DNA from: Salmonella phage SP1a
Strand: one strand, 5' to 3'
Sequence record: MF774688.1
DNA: 40,000 nt
Shown here: positions 30,499-39,998 of the stretch, one piece after another
Numbering within the stretch: position 1 is the first letter of the stretch
Layout: each line of letters starts with the position of its first letter
Notes under the pieces: model-generated
Told to the model about the DNA's origin: nothing
What the model saw: only the letters and a program-made list of their open reading frames with translations
The model's database searches: none
Program-made: the position numbers and the translations under genes

Positions 30499-31098
30499 AT
30501 GACTAATAAAAAAGAAGAAAAGACTAACCTGTTTCACTCCATTCGCCAATCTAATGAGTATACCTTTTTCTTTGATGAAGAATTAGGCCAGCCGGATGAA
30601 TACCGTGATTTATCAATGGTACTTATGCAGGCAAATGAGGACGACGAAATTAATCTGATGATTAATGGCCCGGGTGGTTATGTTGATACTGCTGCACAGT
30701 TATCTAACTTAATTGCTAATTGCCGTGGAACAGTTATAGGACATCTGGTTGGTCCTAGTGCTTCTGCTTACTGCACAATTTTCCTATCTTGTCATGGATG
30801 GGTAGTACATCCACATGCTACACTAATGGGACATACATTCTCTGGCGGATTCTGTGAGAAGGGTCAAGAAATCAAGAAAGCCTATGAATCTTACAACAAG
30901 TTCGTAGAAGATATGATGCTAGATGTCTACTATCCGTTCTTCTCAATAGACGAAATCGACGAGATGGTAAAAGACAACAAAAATATCTATCTAGATAGCA
31001 AAGAAATCCATAAGCGTATTGAAATCTTGGCAAAATATCGATCTGAGCAATATAATAAAGCCCAGTTACCTCAATCAGAGAAGCATAAAGAAGAGTGA
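30499..31098 (+). CDS. ClpP-family serine protease
   Basis: LMINGPGGYVDTA..., GPSASAYCTIFLSC, HPHATLMGHTFSGG. Confidence 0.85.
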   Translation: MTNKKEEKTNLFHSIRQSNEYTFFFDEELGQPDEYRDLSMVLMQANEDDEINLMINGPGGYVDTAAQLSNLIANCRGTVIGHLVGPSASAYCTIFLSCHGWVVHPHATLMGHTFSGGFCEKGQEIKKAYESYNKFVEDMMLDVYYPFFSIDEIDEMVKDNKNIYLDSKEIHKRIEILAKYRSEQYNKAQLPQSEKHKEE

Positions 31099-31106
31099 GT
31101 AATTTT

Positions 31107-31138
31107 AAGCCAGGGTTTAACGACCCTGGCTTTTCTTT
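31107..31138 (+). terminator. Intrinsic terminator
   Basis: AAGCCAGGG...CCCTGGCTTTTCTTTT. Confidence 0.85.
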
Positions 31139-31151
31139 TATAGGATAAAAT

Positions 31152-31688
31152 ATGATAACACAACAGAGGTTAAAAGAACTATTTGAATATAATCCTGATA
31201 CTGGTTTATTTATTAGAAAAATTAGAGTAGGTAATCAAATAGCAGGTAATATAGCTGGTAGCTTAAAGAAAGATGGGTATGTCTATATAAAAATAGACTC
31301 AAAACCTTATAAAGCACATAGACTAGCATTTCTGTACATGGAAGGGTATATGCCGGAAGAAGTAGACCATATTAACAGAGATTGCTCTGATAACAGATGG
31401 TGTAACTTACGAGCATCTAATAGACAGGAAAATAATAGAAATAGAAAATCCTGGAGTAAATCTGGCTATTTAGGCGTTTATTGGAATAAGAATACACAAA
31501 AATGGCAGGTAAAAGTAAAAGATAAAAATAGTACCTTTGTATTTGGGGGATTATTTAATTACTCTGATTTACTATTAGCCGTAGAGACAGCTAACAACTT
31601 ACGAGCAGAATTACATGGTAAAACTGCTGTTATAGAGGTATTTGATCCTAATAGACAGATGCTAACATTACAAGAATTAAATGAATAG
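31152..31688 (+). CDS. HNH homing endonuclease
   Basis: AHRLAFLYMEGYMPEEVDHINRDCSDNRWCNLRASNRQENNRN. Confidence 0.9.
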   Translation: MITQQRLKELFEYNPDTGLFIRKIRVGNQIAGNIAGSLKKDGYVYIKIDSKPYKAHRLAFLYMEGYMPEEVDHINRDCSDNRWCNLRASNRQENNRNRKSWSKSGYLGVYWNKNTQKWQVKVKDKNSTFVFGGLFNYSDLLLAVETANNLRAELHGKTAVIEVFDPNRQMLTLQELNE

Positions 31689-31761
31689 TATTGAATAGTA
31701 GGGTAAAAATATATTGACAACTACAAAATTTTGTGACCTTTAGATAACTTCTAAACTTAAC

Positions 31762-31790
31762 TTGTAATTTTCCTCTAGAATTAGTATAAT
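31762..31790 (+). promoter_or_regulatory. Promoter TTGTAA-17-TATAAT upstream of lysis genes
   Basis: Sequence match. Confidence 0.65.
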
Positions 31791-31816
31791 GGTACTGGTT
31801 AGAGGAGGTTACAAAA

Positions 31817-32473
31817 TTGGAAAAGTTCTTACAATTATTAACGGTACTGCTCCAAGAAGCTAAAGATCCAGCATCGCTTCTTAAACGTCTGCTAACTATC
31901 TTAGTTGCTGTCATTATTTTCTTATTTGTTAGTAATACTAGCGAGGTGATGTCATTCTTAAAGACTTTCTCCACGTCTGCGGTCCTACAGGATGTTCAAA
32001 CTCAAAGGATAGATAACTTTCCTAATGTAGCTAGAGAAAAGAGCATGGTACTCTTTTCTCAAACGGGTGCGGATGCTGTTTTTGTCGTCAAGTATAAACC
32101 CGATGCCATTAATGATTATTCTAACATTATTGCATGGGAAAGCAATGCGCAATTAGATAGGGCTGACTTGGCCGATAAAGCGGTAAATAAAACGTCTGAG
32201 CTATATAGACGTCACTTAGAGGGCTTTAACTACGCATCGGATTTAAGTGTAAGAGTAAATAAATATACGGGGTTAAATATACCTGCGTTTAAGAATGTTA
32301 CTTTTAATTACATATACACTTGTCCATATTTCAATCTAAACAATATCTATGCTGGATATATTGGTATTGCTTGGAAAGATAATCCTGTAGATGCAGCCGA
32401 TTCTGAGAAATTTAAGGAATATTTAACAAAGCTCTGTTCACCACAACAGAGATATTTAGGTAGATCAATATGA
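31817..32473 (+). CDS. hol: Holin (T5/T4 T-holin type)
   Basis: Single N-terminal TM and large C-terminal domain, directly before endolysin. Confidence 0.8.
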   Translation: MEKFLQLLTVLLQEAKDPASLLKRLLTILVAVIIFLFVSNTSEVMSFLKTFSTSAVLQDVQTQRIDNFPNVAREKSMVLFSQTGADAVFVVKYKPDAINDYSNIIAWESNAQLDRADLADKAVNKTSELYRRHLEGFNYASDLSVRVNKYTGLNIPAFKNVTFNYIYTCPYFNLNNIYAGYIGIAWKDNPVDAADSEKFKEYLTKLCSPQQRYLGRSI

Positions 32474-32883
32474 GTTTTAAATTTAGTCAAAGAAGTTTAG
32501 ATAGATTAAAAGGTGTTCATCCAGACTTAGTAAGAGTAACTCATAGGGCTTTAGAATTAAGCCCATATGATTTTACTATTACAGAAGGATTACGTTCTTT
32601 AGAACAAAGCGCCCAAAATATTAAGAATGGAACCTCGTTTTTAAAAGACCCGAGCAAGTCAAAACACGTACAAGGGCTGGCTATTGACTTTGCTCCTCTT
32701 AAAAATGGGAAGATTGATTGGAATGATTTAGAATCATTCAAACTAGTGGCAGATGCCTTCTTTAAGGCAGCGGAAGAGCTAGGAGTAAAGATTAGATGGG
32801 GTGGTGATTGGAACCAAAATGGAAGTTATAAGGATGAAATCCAACGCGGTACTTTTGACGGCCCGCATATAGAATTGATTTAA
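32470..32883 (+). CDS. lys: L-alanyl-D-glutamate peptidase endolysin (M15, T5 Lys type)
   Basis: TITEGLRSLEQ, SKHVQGLAIDFAP, GTFDGPHIEL. Confidence 0.95.
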   Translation: MSFKFSQRSLDRLKGVHPDLVRVTHRALELSPYDFTITEGLRSLEQSAQNIKNGTSFLKDPSKSKHVQGLAIDFAPLKNGKIDWNDLESFKLVADAFFKAAEELGVKIRWGGDWNQNGSYKDEIQRGTFDGPHIELI

Positions 32884-32889
32884 ATTTTA

Positions 32890-32920
32890 TTGGCTAAGTC
32901 CTCCATTATTATGCTATAAT
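32890..32920 (+). promoter_or_regulatory. Weak promoter TTGGCT-19-TATAAT
   Basis: Sequence match. Confidence 0.5.
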
Positions 32921-32941
32921 AGGTAATAAATGGAGGATTAA

Positions 32942-33451
32942 ATGTTACAAAGAAAATCATATCCAACTCTAGAAGAAGCCAACCAATTATTTGAGTATAA
33001 AGATGGAAATCTGTACTGGAGACCTAGAGCTAGTAAAATTTTTAATTCTAGATTTGCCGGTAAAGAAGTAGGTAGTATTAAAGGTAAATATAAGGTCTGC
33101 AAAATTAACGGGGAATCTTATTTTGTACATAAGATTATATATCTTATGCATAATAATGGAGAATGTCCTGATTTTGTAGACCATAAAGATACTAATACCT
33201 TAAATAACTTCCCAGATAATTTACGAGAAGCTAGCTCTGAACAAAATAACCAAAATGCTACCAAACGTATAGATAATACTTCTGGATATAAAGGAGTAAG
33301 TTGGAAGGCTAGTAGAAACTGTTGGGTAGTAAGAGTACAAGTAAATGGTACTAGAAAAGAAAAATCGGGTTTTAAAACCCCTGAAGAGGCTCATGCTGCG
33401 GGAATTAAGCTACGAGAAGAATTGCACAAGGAATTTGCAAAACATGAATAA
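32942..33451 (+). CDS. HNH homing endonuclease
   Basis: VHKIIYLMHNNGECPDFVDHKDTNTLNNFPDNLREASSEQNNQN. Confidence 0.9.
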   Translation: MLQRKSYPTLEEANQLFEYKDGNLYWRPRASKIFNSRFAGKEVGSIKGKYKVCKINGESYFVHKIIYLMHNNGECPDFVDHKDTNTLNNFPDNLREASSEQNNQNATKRIDNTSGYKGVSWKASRNCWVVRVQVNGTRKEKSGFKTPEEAHAAGIKLREELHKEFAKHE

Positions 33452-33461
33452 TTAATAACTG

Positions 33462-33486
33462 AGGCGGGAATATTCCCGCCTTTTTA
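33462..33486 (+). terminator. Intrinsic terminator AGGCGGGAATATTCCCGCCTTTTT
   Basis: Perfect stem plus T-run. Confidence 0.9.
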
Positions 33487-33528
33487 GGCAAAGGGGGCTT
33501 TAATAATTTTTAAAGATAGGAGAAAGCC

Positions 33529-33945
33529 ATGTTTGCAGAACTATTCACTATGATGCTGCTAGGTATCTGGAAAATAAGTCTAGTAGTATTCGTTTTAATG
33601 ATAGTCTTTACTATCATTGCATTAACTACCCGAAATAGCTTATTAATAAAGGTTATTCACGGACTAGAGTATATAATTATGGGTTCATTCGGCGTTTGTA
33701 AATGCAATTGCCATAGAGATACGAAATATTGTTGGTTATGGATGGAACTAGAGAATCCTATATCCATAGCTTTGGCTGTTTCATTCGGTATGATTCTTAT
33801 GGCCCTTACTCTAGCATTAATACCTTTGATGTTAGCTGGGGGAGTTACAGCGTATTTCACCCTTTTCTCCCCGATACTTATGTACTCAATTTACCCAGTA
33901 ACTATGTATCTAGTTAGGAAAAAATTTATACATGCAGTAGATTAA
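33529..33945 (+). CDS. Multi-pass membrane protein
   Basis: Several hydrophobic segments. Confidence 0.75.
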   Translation: MFAELFTMMLLGIWKISLVVFVLMIVFTIIALTTRNSLLIKVIHGLEYIIMGSFGVCKCNCHRDTKYCWLWMELENPISIALAVSFGMILMALTLALIPLMLAGGVTAYFTLFSPILMYSIYPVTMYLVRKKFIHAVD

Positions 33946-33958
33946 GATAAAAAAGTAG

Positions 33959-33987
33959 TTGACTTTTAGCCCTAGTTATTATATAAT
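33959..33987 (+). promoter_or_regulatory. Promoter TTGACT-17-TATAAT
   Basis: Sequence match. Confidence 0.8.
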
Positions 33988-34020
33988 ATATACATAAATT
34001 AGTTAAGAGAGGTATATATT

Positions 34021-34449
34021 ATGTCTGATCGTTTCTATACTCAAATGGCGGAACATTTTCGTATACCACATTACGAGCTAAACATTGCACTCCGTGACCA
34101 TGACTCCCCTGAGTACAAAAAGCTCGAAAAGAAAGCGGAAAAATCTATTGATACAAAGGTAGGTGCATCTATGTCTAAGGGCAAAAAGTTAACTCGTCTT
34201 GATCTTAATAAAATTTTAACTGAACTTTTGGGTACTGATATTGAAGGTGCTAAATTACCGCTTCTTGTACTAGAGACTATGATTAAAAAGGTCAAAAATA
34301 AAGAATATAAGAAGGTAGAAGTCCCAGAAGGCAGATTAAAGGCTCCTTATCAGGAAGCATTAACCGAGTGTTTGGGTGTAAATCTTGATCTGAGCACCGC
34401 AACCGTAAAAACTATGAAAAACTTCTTAGAGGCCATTAATAAATTGTGA
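34021..34449 (+). CDS. Hypothetical protein
   Basis: ORF with promoter. Confidence 0.75.
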   Translation: MSDRFYTQMAEHFRIPHYELNIALRDHDSPEYKKLEKKAEKSIDTKVGASMSKGKKLTRLDLNKILTELLGTDIEGAKLPLLVLETMIKKVKNKEYKKVEVPEGRLKAPYQEALTECLGVNLDLSTATVKTMKNFLEAINKL

Positions 34450-34952
34450 TTACTAGGGAAAGATTATTAGAGGTACTAGAGTATCACGAAGATGGTACTC
34501 TAACCTGGAAACCTAGACCAGAAGGTACAAGAGGTTGGAATACTAGCCTTAATAATATGCCTGCTGGGTCTATTAATGCTGATGGTTATCTAATGCTCTC
34601 TATTGATGGAGAACGAATACTTGCGCATAGAGCAATCTTCTTTATGCACAAAGGTTATTTACCTGATATAGTAGATCATGATGATACCAATACGCTAAAC
34701 AATCGTATTAGTAACTTAAGAGAAGCTACAAAAGCTCAAAATGCTTTTAATAGGAAATCGGCTAATAAAAATAACCTATTGGGATTAAAAAATATATCTC
34801 AAAGAGGGAAGTCTTTTAGAGTAAAAATCTCTAGGGCAGGAATCAATTATATGAAAACGTGCAGTTCTTTGGAAGAAGCAATTGCATGGAGAGATGAAAA
34901 ACTAGAAGAACTCCACGGTGAGTTTGCCAGCAAAGGAAATAAAAATGTCTAA
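34446..34952 (+). CDS. HNH homing endonuclease
   Basis: AHRAIFFMHKGYLPDIVDHDDTNTLNNRISNLREATKAQN. Confidence 0.9.
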   Translation: MITRERLLEVLEYHEDGTLTWKPRPEGTRGWNTSLNNMPAGSINADGYLMLSIDGERILAHRAIFFMHKGYLPDIVDHDDTNTLNNRISNLREATKAQNAFNRKSANKNNLLGLKNISQRGKSFRVKISRAGINYMKTCSSLEEAIAWRDEKLEELHGEFASKGNKNV

Positions 34953-35235
34953 ATTAGTCTATCTATTGAAAGGTTCCACTTGTAACCCATGTAAACTTTT
35001 CGAGCCAGTATTTGATAAAGTAGTCAATGACTATAATTTGGAAATCCATAAAGAGACTGATAACACTGAATTAATGCAGAAGTTCGGAGTAAGAGCTGTT
35101 CCTGTAGTAGTTCTGGCAGATCGCTTACCTAATGGTCGAATAGAAGCTAATCATATTTTGATTGGACGTCAGCTTCGTAAAGAAACTATGCACGAAGCTA
35201 TTAAAAATTTCCTGGATGATAATCCAGAGGACTAA
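34948..35235 (+). CDS. Thioredoxin/glutaredoxin-like protein; start revised
   Basis: VYLLKGSTCNPCKLFEPVFDKV, FGVRAVPVVVL. Confidence 0.88.
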   Translation, partial: SKLVYLLKGSTCNPCKLFEPVFDKVVNDYNLEIHKETDNTELMQKFGVRAVPVVVLADRLPNGRIEANHILIGRQLRKETMHEAIKNFLDDNPED

Positions 35236-35240
35236 TAAAC

Positions 35241-35274
35241 AAAGCCTGATCTTAGCGGATCAGGCTTTTATTTT
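35241..35274 (+). terminator. Intrinsic terminator
   Basis: AAAGCCTGATC...GGATCAGGCTTTTATTTT. Confidence 0.85.
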
Positions 35275-35276
35275 AC

Positions 35277-35305
35277 TTGCTTTTTGCTAAAAATTTTGAT
35301 ATAAT
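35277..35305 (+). promoter_or_regulatory. Promoter TTGCTT-17-TATAAT
   Basis: Sequence match. Confidence 0.85.
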
Positions 35306-35332
35306 ACTTATATAAATTGATTGGAGGATTAA

Positions 35333-35578
35333 ATGTTAGCGGAACAAGCAAAACGTTTAGCCAGGATAAATAGAGCTGCACTTCTTAATAGCAGAAAGAA
35401 ACCATATAAGTATGTTAAAAAGAGAATAGTTTCTTCTGTAGGGATTGGAGGTTCTTTTGTACAGTTTAATCGTGATGAAATTAGTTATGAAGCTATAAAA
35501 GCCATCTATAAAGAGGGTTATACTCTACAACTATCTAATGATTATGGCACAACTATTTTAACTGTTATTTGGGAATAA
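35333..35578 (+). CDS. Hypothetical protein
   Basis: ORF with promoter. Confidence 0.7.
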   Translation: MLAEQAKRLARINRAALLNSRKKPYKYVKKRIVSSVGIGGSFVQFNRDEISYEAIKAIYKEGYTLQLSNDYGTTILTVIWE

Positions 35579-35580
35579 TT

Positions 35581-36432
35581 ATGAAAAAAGAATTTAATGT
35601 ACATAAAACTCTAGTAGTGCCGGATGATGCCAACTTGTTTTTCGTTGGTGATATTCATGGATGCAACGATTTGCTAGAAGATGCGTTAAAATTAGCTGGG
35701 TATAATAGCAAAAAAGATTGCGTAGTATGTGTTGGCGACTTAATTGACCGAGGCACACAAAACCTACAAGTTTTAGCCAAATTCCTGTATAATCCACGTT
35801 TTATCAGTGTCCGTGGTAATCATGATCAATTTATGATTGCAGGAGATTGGGCTAATTGGATGTATAATGGTGGTATGTGGGCTATGAATGAACTAGATGC
35901 AGACACCATTAAAAATATTGCCGAAGATATGGCTGAAAAAATGCCTTTACTTATGACTGTTAGACATCGTGGTAAGAAATTTGGTGTAGTACATGCCGCA
36001 GTACCAATTGAATACAAAGAATGCGGTAGTGAAGTAAGACCCCCTAACTGGGACAATCTAGTAATGCAACTAGAACACTCTACTGGTCATGATTTATGGG
36101 ATCTTATGGATGGATGTTTATGGGATCGTGACATTATTCAGGATGTGTTCTCCCATATGTCTAATAGTACGGATCATCCATATTTTCAAAGATATGCAGG
36201 AATGCCTGAGGAGCTAATAAATGTAGTGCCTGAAGTTATGGGGGTAGATTTCGTGTTTCACGGACACACTGGAGTACCCTACCCGATTTTATACCAGAAC
36301 CGTGTTTATCTTGATACTGGCGGTGTTTTCAACGGGCAGTTGACGGTTGCGCAAGTTAATGATGAAACTGGCAAAATCATCACATTTACCACAGACAAAA
36401 ATAATAGCTGCGGTGTACAGAGGATTCTTTAA
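35581..36432 (+). CDS. Serine/threonine protein phosphatase (lambda-PP-like)
   Basis: GDIHGC, VGDLIDRG, VRGNHD, FVFHGHTG. Confidence 0.92.
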   Translation: MKKEFNVHKTLVVPDDANLFFVGDIHGCNDLLEDALKLAGYNSKKDCVVCVGDLIDRGTQNLQVLAKFLYNPRFISVRGNHDQFMIAGDWANWMYNGGMWAMNELDADTIKNIAEDMAEKMPLLMTVRHRGKKFGVVHAAVPIEYKECGSEVRPPNWDNLVMQLEHSTGHDLWDLMDGCLWDRDIIQDVFSHMSNSTDHPYFQRYAGMPEELINVVPEVMGVDFVFHGHTGVPYPILYQNRVYLDTGGVFNGQLTVAQVNDETGKIITFTTDKNNSCGVQRIL

Positions 36433-36953
36433 TGAAAGTTTTCTTTTGGAGTGATCTCCACTTAGGACATGCAAATATTACTAAATTCAGACCAATCTTC
36501 TCTACTATGGAAGAGCATGACGAATTTATTATGGATACTATTACATCCATGAAAGATAAGCGTACAGTATTCTATATTTTAGGAGACGCATTTGTATCTA
36601 GAAATGGTTTAGAGAAGTTTGAAAAACTCTTCAGCAATGTTAGAACTACATTAGTTTTGGGAAACCACGACTTAGAACGAGAAGGATTATCTTTCAAAGA
36701 CTTAATAGGGATTGTAGATAACGTACAATCCCTAGTTAAGTATAAAAACTTCTGGCTTTCCCATGCCCCAATACACCCCGGGGAGCTGAGAGGTAAAAAG
36801 AACTTACATGGGCATACTCACTTTGAGTTAATGGGAGACCCTCGTTATATTAACGTTTGTGTCGAGTATGCAAAATCTCCAGTACGCCTGGAAGACATCA
36901 TGAGCGGTAAGTACACTTCGCATGATAAAACTAGCTGGATGTTAAATGTCTAA
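36432..36953 (+). CDS. Calcineurin-like phosphoesterase
   Basis: FWSDLHLGHANITKFRP, ILGDAFVS, VLGNHD, LHGHTH. Confidence 0.92.
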   Translation: MKVFFWSDLHLGHANITKFRPIFSTMEEHDEFIMDTITSMKDKRTVFYILGDAFVSRNGLEKFEKLFSNVRTTLVLGNHDLEREGLSFKDLIGIVDNVQSLVKYKNFWLSHAPIHPGELRGKKNLHGHTHFELMGDPRYINVCVEYAKSPVRLEDIMSGKYTSHDKTSWMLNV

Positions 36954-37061
36954 GTATATAGCTGAGGCTATTATTAAACGAATCATACAAGTGATAGCAA
37001 TACTTATAATCATTTGTATTGCTATTGGTACGGGATTAGGCATTTTAATTAAAAGTTTTAT

Positions 37062-37090
37062 TTGCTAAAATGCTTAAGTTTCTGTATAAT
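37062..37090 (+). promoter_or_regulatory. Promoter TTGCTA-17-TATAAT
   Basis: Sequence match. Confidence 0.85.
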
Positions 37091-37120
37091 TACTTTATAA
37101 ATTGATGAGAAGGAATCAAA

Positions 37121-37552
37121 ATGAATAAAGTTGATAAAGCTCTAGTTTTCGCAGCAGCAGATAAGTTTGAACAAGTTAAGGCAACTTTCCGAACCTTGTT
37201 CCAGTCTTACGTTCAGGATAAGTCTAATCCTATTTCTGAACGTTTGATGGTCTGGGAATGCCATGCTTGCAATGCCCTATTAATTGCGGATTATCGTAGC
37301 GATATAGATAAAGATCTGTGCGAAATTCTTATCCCTGAGGAGGCAGAACGTTATCAGTTAATCTCTTTCCAAGATTTGGCGGAACATATCATTCCTGATG
37401 ATCTTTGGGATAAATACTATGGTGATCCTGAAGATGAAGGAATGACTCCAGAAGCCTGTATTGAGTTGATCTGCAAAGATCATCCTGAAATTGCAGAGAA
37501 ATTTGAAAAAGTTTTTGCTTCTGAGTTCTCCGGCGTTGTTAACGATTGGTAA
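37121..37552 (+). CDS. Hypothetical acidic protein
   Basis: ORF with promoter. Confidence 0.75.
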   Translation: MNKVDKALVFAAADKFEQVKATFRTLFQSYVQDKSNPISERLMVWECHACNALLIADYRSDIDKDLCEILIPEEAERYQLISFQDLAEHIIPDDLWDKYYGDPEDEGMTPEACIELICKDHPEIAEKFEKVFASEFSGVVNDW

Positions 37553-37569
37553 GTAATTAAAAAATTCAG

Positions 37570-37598
37570 TTGCTTTAAACCTTAAAATTCTGTATAAT
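37570..37598 (+). promoter_or_regulatory. Promoter TTGCTT-17-TATAAT
   Basis: Sequence match. Confidence 0.85.
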
Positions 37599-37630
37599 AA
37601 GTTCATAAATTAATGAGAGAGGAAATTCTA

Positions 37631-37882
37631 ATGGAAAACATGACTAAAAACGAAATGGCTAACGTTCTGGCAATTCTCCTCGACATGCAGGGTTTTGAGG
37701 GTCAGCTCATGAAGATGTCTATTCCGGCAATGAAAAAGATGTATGATTCTCTGAATAAGAATGCTATGGCGTTCAACCTCGCAAAACAGGAAGCACGTTT
37801 TGCAAAAGAACATCAGGCAACTGCGGAGCGTCGTGCAGCATCTTTTGAACGTGAAGTTAAGCAACTGAAAGGTAAGAAATAA
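37631..37882 (+). CDS. Hypothetical protein (start at MENMTKNE)
   Basis: RBS GAGGAAA; listed ORF starts earlier. Confidence 0.65.
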   Translation: MENMTKNEMANVLAILLDMQGFEGQLMKMSIPAMKKMYDSLNKNAMAFNLAKQEARFAKEHQATAERRAASFEREVKQLKGKK

Positions 37883-38046
37883 TGGAAAGGGTATCAATTG
37901 CACTCCTATCATTACTTATAGGAATACTAGTATATAATATGGTTGCTCTTAACATACACTTAGCTAAGGTAGACAAGTCTGTCCATGAGCTAAATGTAGA
38001 AATGTGTAAATTAGTCCCGGATAACGAAAAATGTAAGGGTATTTAA
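37882..38046 (+). CDS. Small single-TM protein (54 aa), absent from supplied track
   Basis: MERVSIALLSLLIIGILVYNMVALNIHLAKVDKSVHELNVEMCKLVPDNEKCKGI. Confidence 0.65.
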   Translation: MERVSIALLSLLIGILVYNMVALNIHLAKVDKSVHELNVEMCKLVPDNEKCKGI

Positions 38047-38327
38047 TGTTAATTGAAATTCTTATTGGACTGCTAGTGCTTATGACACTAGCAGCGATTG
38101 GTGGAATTATTGGTATTGTAAGCATACGAAAAAATATGGAAGGTATGCTCATTACTAACAGCGGATTGCACCACCGTTTACTAGAGCAAGAACAGGATAT
38201 TGAACTGGCCCAAAGACGCTCAGATATTCTTAAAGAGAAGTTAAATAATATTGAAGTAATAGTTGGAAATAATAAATTGCCTGCTAAAGTAATGCGTGCG
38301 CAGATAATTACGGAGATTAAAAAATGA
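38046..38327 (+). CDS. Single-TM protein
   Basis: MLIEILIGLLVLMTLAAIGGIIGIVSI. Confidence 0.7.
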   Translation: MLIEILIGLLVLMTLAAIGGIIGIVSIRKNMEGMLITNSGLHHRLLEQEQDIELAQRRSDILKEKLNNIEVIVGNNKLPAKVMRAQIITEIKK

Positions 38328-38569
38328 TGATGTTTATTCTCGCATTTTATTTAGTTGTGGTTGGTGTACTAGTTACTAAATACCACACATGGACACCAAA
38401 GAATGTAGCTAAGGTAGCTTTATTTGTTATTCCAGTACCTTTTATTATCTTCTCTATGTTACTGGTAATGCTAATTGGTAAAGTAACAAAAACTGATGTT
38501 AAACGTATTGCTGATGAATTGCAACAGTCTTGTGATATGGTAGAGGATATTATTAAAGATGAAGCTTAA
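38324..38569 (+). CDS. Membrane protein
   Basis: Two TM segments. Confidence 0.7.
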   Translation: MMMFILAFYLVVVGVLVTKYHTWTPKNVAKVALFVIPVPFIIFSMLLVMLIGKVTKTDVKRIADELQQSCDMVEDIIKDEA

Positions 38570-38885
38570 TTTTAATGAATTAAATACCTTACATGAGATA
38601 TTACAGTTTGTAAATAATAATATTAGTATTCCGGATGATACATTAGAAGTTCTCATGATAATTGATAAAAAGGTAGGAATTGAGATTGAGGACTCCTGGA
38701 AGCCACTTTCTGTATTAACACCTCTTAATATGAAAGTGATAGTTAAAAATATTGATACTGGTGAAGAGTGTGAAATGATTCGTAAAGAACTAGCTGATAG
38801 CTATTCACCAAAGTCTGTAGTAATGTACCATGATGATACCGCTAAGATCCTACAGACAGCTAATTACGTATGGCGTCTCCCATGA
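38559..38885 (+). CDS. Hypothetical protein
   Basis: ORF. Confidence 0.7.
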   Translation: MKLNFNELNTLHEILQFVNNNISIPDDTLEVLMIIDKKVGIEIEDSWKPLSVLTPLNMKVIVKNIDTGEECEMIRKELADSYSPKSVVMYHDDTAKILQTANYVWRLP

Positions 38886-38992
38886 TTGATTTAGTACCAA
38901 TTACTGCGGGGCTAATAGCACTATTAGTGCTTGCAGTTTTTATTATTGTGGAGCAGGCCAAAGTAATAAGGAGACTTAAAAACAATGATTGA
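38882..38992 (+). CDS. 36-aa single-TM peptide, absent from supplied track
   Basis: MIDLVPITAGLIALLVLAVFIIVEQAKVIRRLKNND. Confidence 0.55.
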   Translation: MIDLVPITAGLIALLVLAVFIIVEQAKVIRRLKNND

Positions 38993-39185
38993 TTTTTATA
39001 ACCCTAACATTCCCACAGCAGCAACAGAGTATTGTGTATTGCTCCCTTTTGCCGCTCTGTTAGCAGCACTCTTTAATATAGTTTTTAAAACAATAGGTCT
39101 AGATGTTCCTCCATATTATATTTCTGACCTCATTCCTTATATGTATGAGATGCTTCCAATAGCGTTTAATGGAGTTCGTAAATGA
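38985..39185 (+). CDS. Small membrane protein
   Basis: ORF. Confidence 0.65.
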   Translation: MIDFYNPNIPTAATEYCVLLPFAALLAALFNIVFKTIGLDVPPYYISDLIPYMYEMLPIAFNGVRK

Positions 39186-39643
39186 CAGCACTACAACAAC
39201 TACAGAATTACTGGTTTGATAATCAATTTAACGATCTCTTTATCCAGTTATTTGTCGAAACGAACGGACGCTTCAACTACCGATTCTTTAATAAGTTTCA
39301 CGAAACAAAATTCTCTCATACAGAAATTAATGCAGCGATCCAAGACCTAACGGGTTCTAAAGTAATTCAGTATCGTGAAGTAGACTTCACACCAGATTGT
39401 TTTGGGTTTGAATTGTTTAAGAAAGCGTATAAATTTGGTAAGTTTGAGGATGCTCGTCAATGGGTTCACGATTTCTGGTACAACACTGATATTGTTCCTA
39501 GTCGTGTACTGATTCTTAACTGGATTGCTAAACAACATCCACCTAAAATGCAATCATCCTTCTTACCAACTGACACAGGAAACCTCTACCATGACAGAAA
39601 AGAAAAATCCATTGCTGGAGCAGATGAAGGAATGGGAGAGTAA
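39182..39643 (+). CDS. Hypothetical protein
   Basis: ORF. Confidence 0.75.
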   Translation: MTALQQLQNYWFDNQFNDLFIQLFVETNGRFNYRFFNKFHETKFSHTEINAAIQDLTGSKVIQYREVDFTPDCFGFELFKKAYKFGKFEDARQWVHDFWYNTDIVPSRVLILNWIAKQHPPKMQSSFLPTDTGNLYHDRKEKSIAGADEGMGE

Positions 39644-39962
39644 TATTGAATCTGGTCTAGTAGACGGAGAAGATATTGTTAACTCTATGCTAGAAGTAAC
39701 AATAGATAATATTAATCCTATTTTGGCCAGTGAAACCTCAGATCTTATAGGACTTTCTAGTACTTTCGATTCTTTGGCTAAATTAGCTTTAGATGACGAA
39801 GAGATAACCAAAGAAGATCTCGCCTCGGCTATGAATATGGCTATTAACGCTTACATTGGCAAACGTACCGATGAACTCGACAAACAAATCAAAAAGCGTG
39901 ATACAACGTTAAATCTTATGGAAACGGCCACTATTTTAAGAAGTGGTAAACAACTTCATTAA
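39591..39962 (+). CDS. Hypothetical protein; start revised to MTEKKN
   Basis: GGAAACCTCTACC-ATG overlapping upstream gene. Confidence 0.7.
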   Translation: MTEKKNPLLEQMKEWESNIESGLVDGEDIVNSMLEVTIDNINPILASETSDLIGLSSTFDSLAKLALDDEEITKEDLASAMNMAINAYIGKRTDELDKQIKKRDTTLNLMETATILRSGKQLH

Positions 39963-39966
39963 TTCT

Positions 39967-39998
39967 AGAGGCCAGGACTTAGTTGTTCTGGCCTTTTG
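39967..39998 (+). terminator. Intrinsic terminator
   Basis: AGGCCAGGAC...TTCTGGCCTTTTG. Confidence 0.75.
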
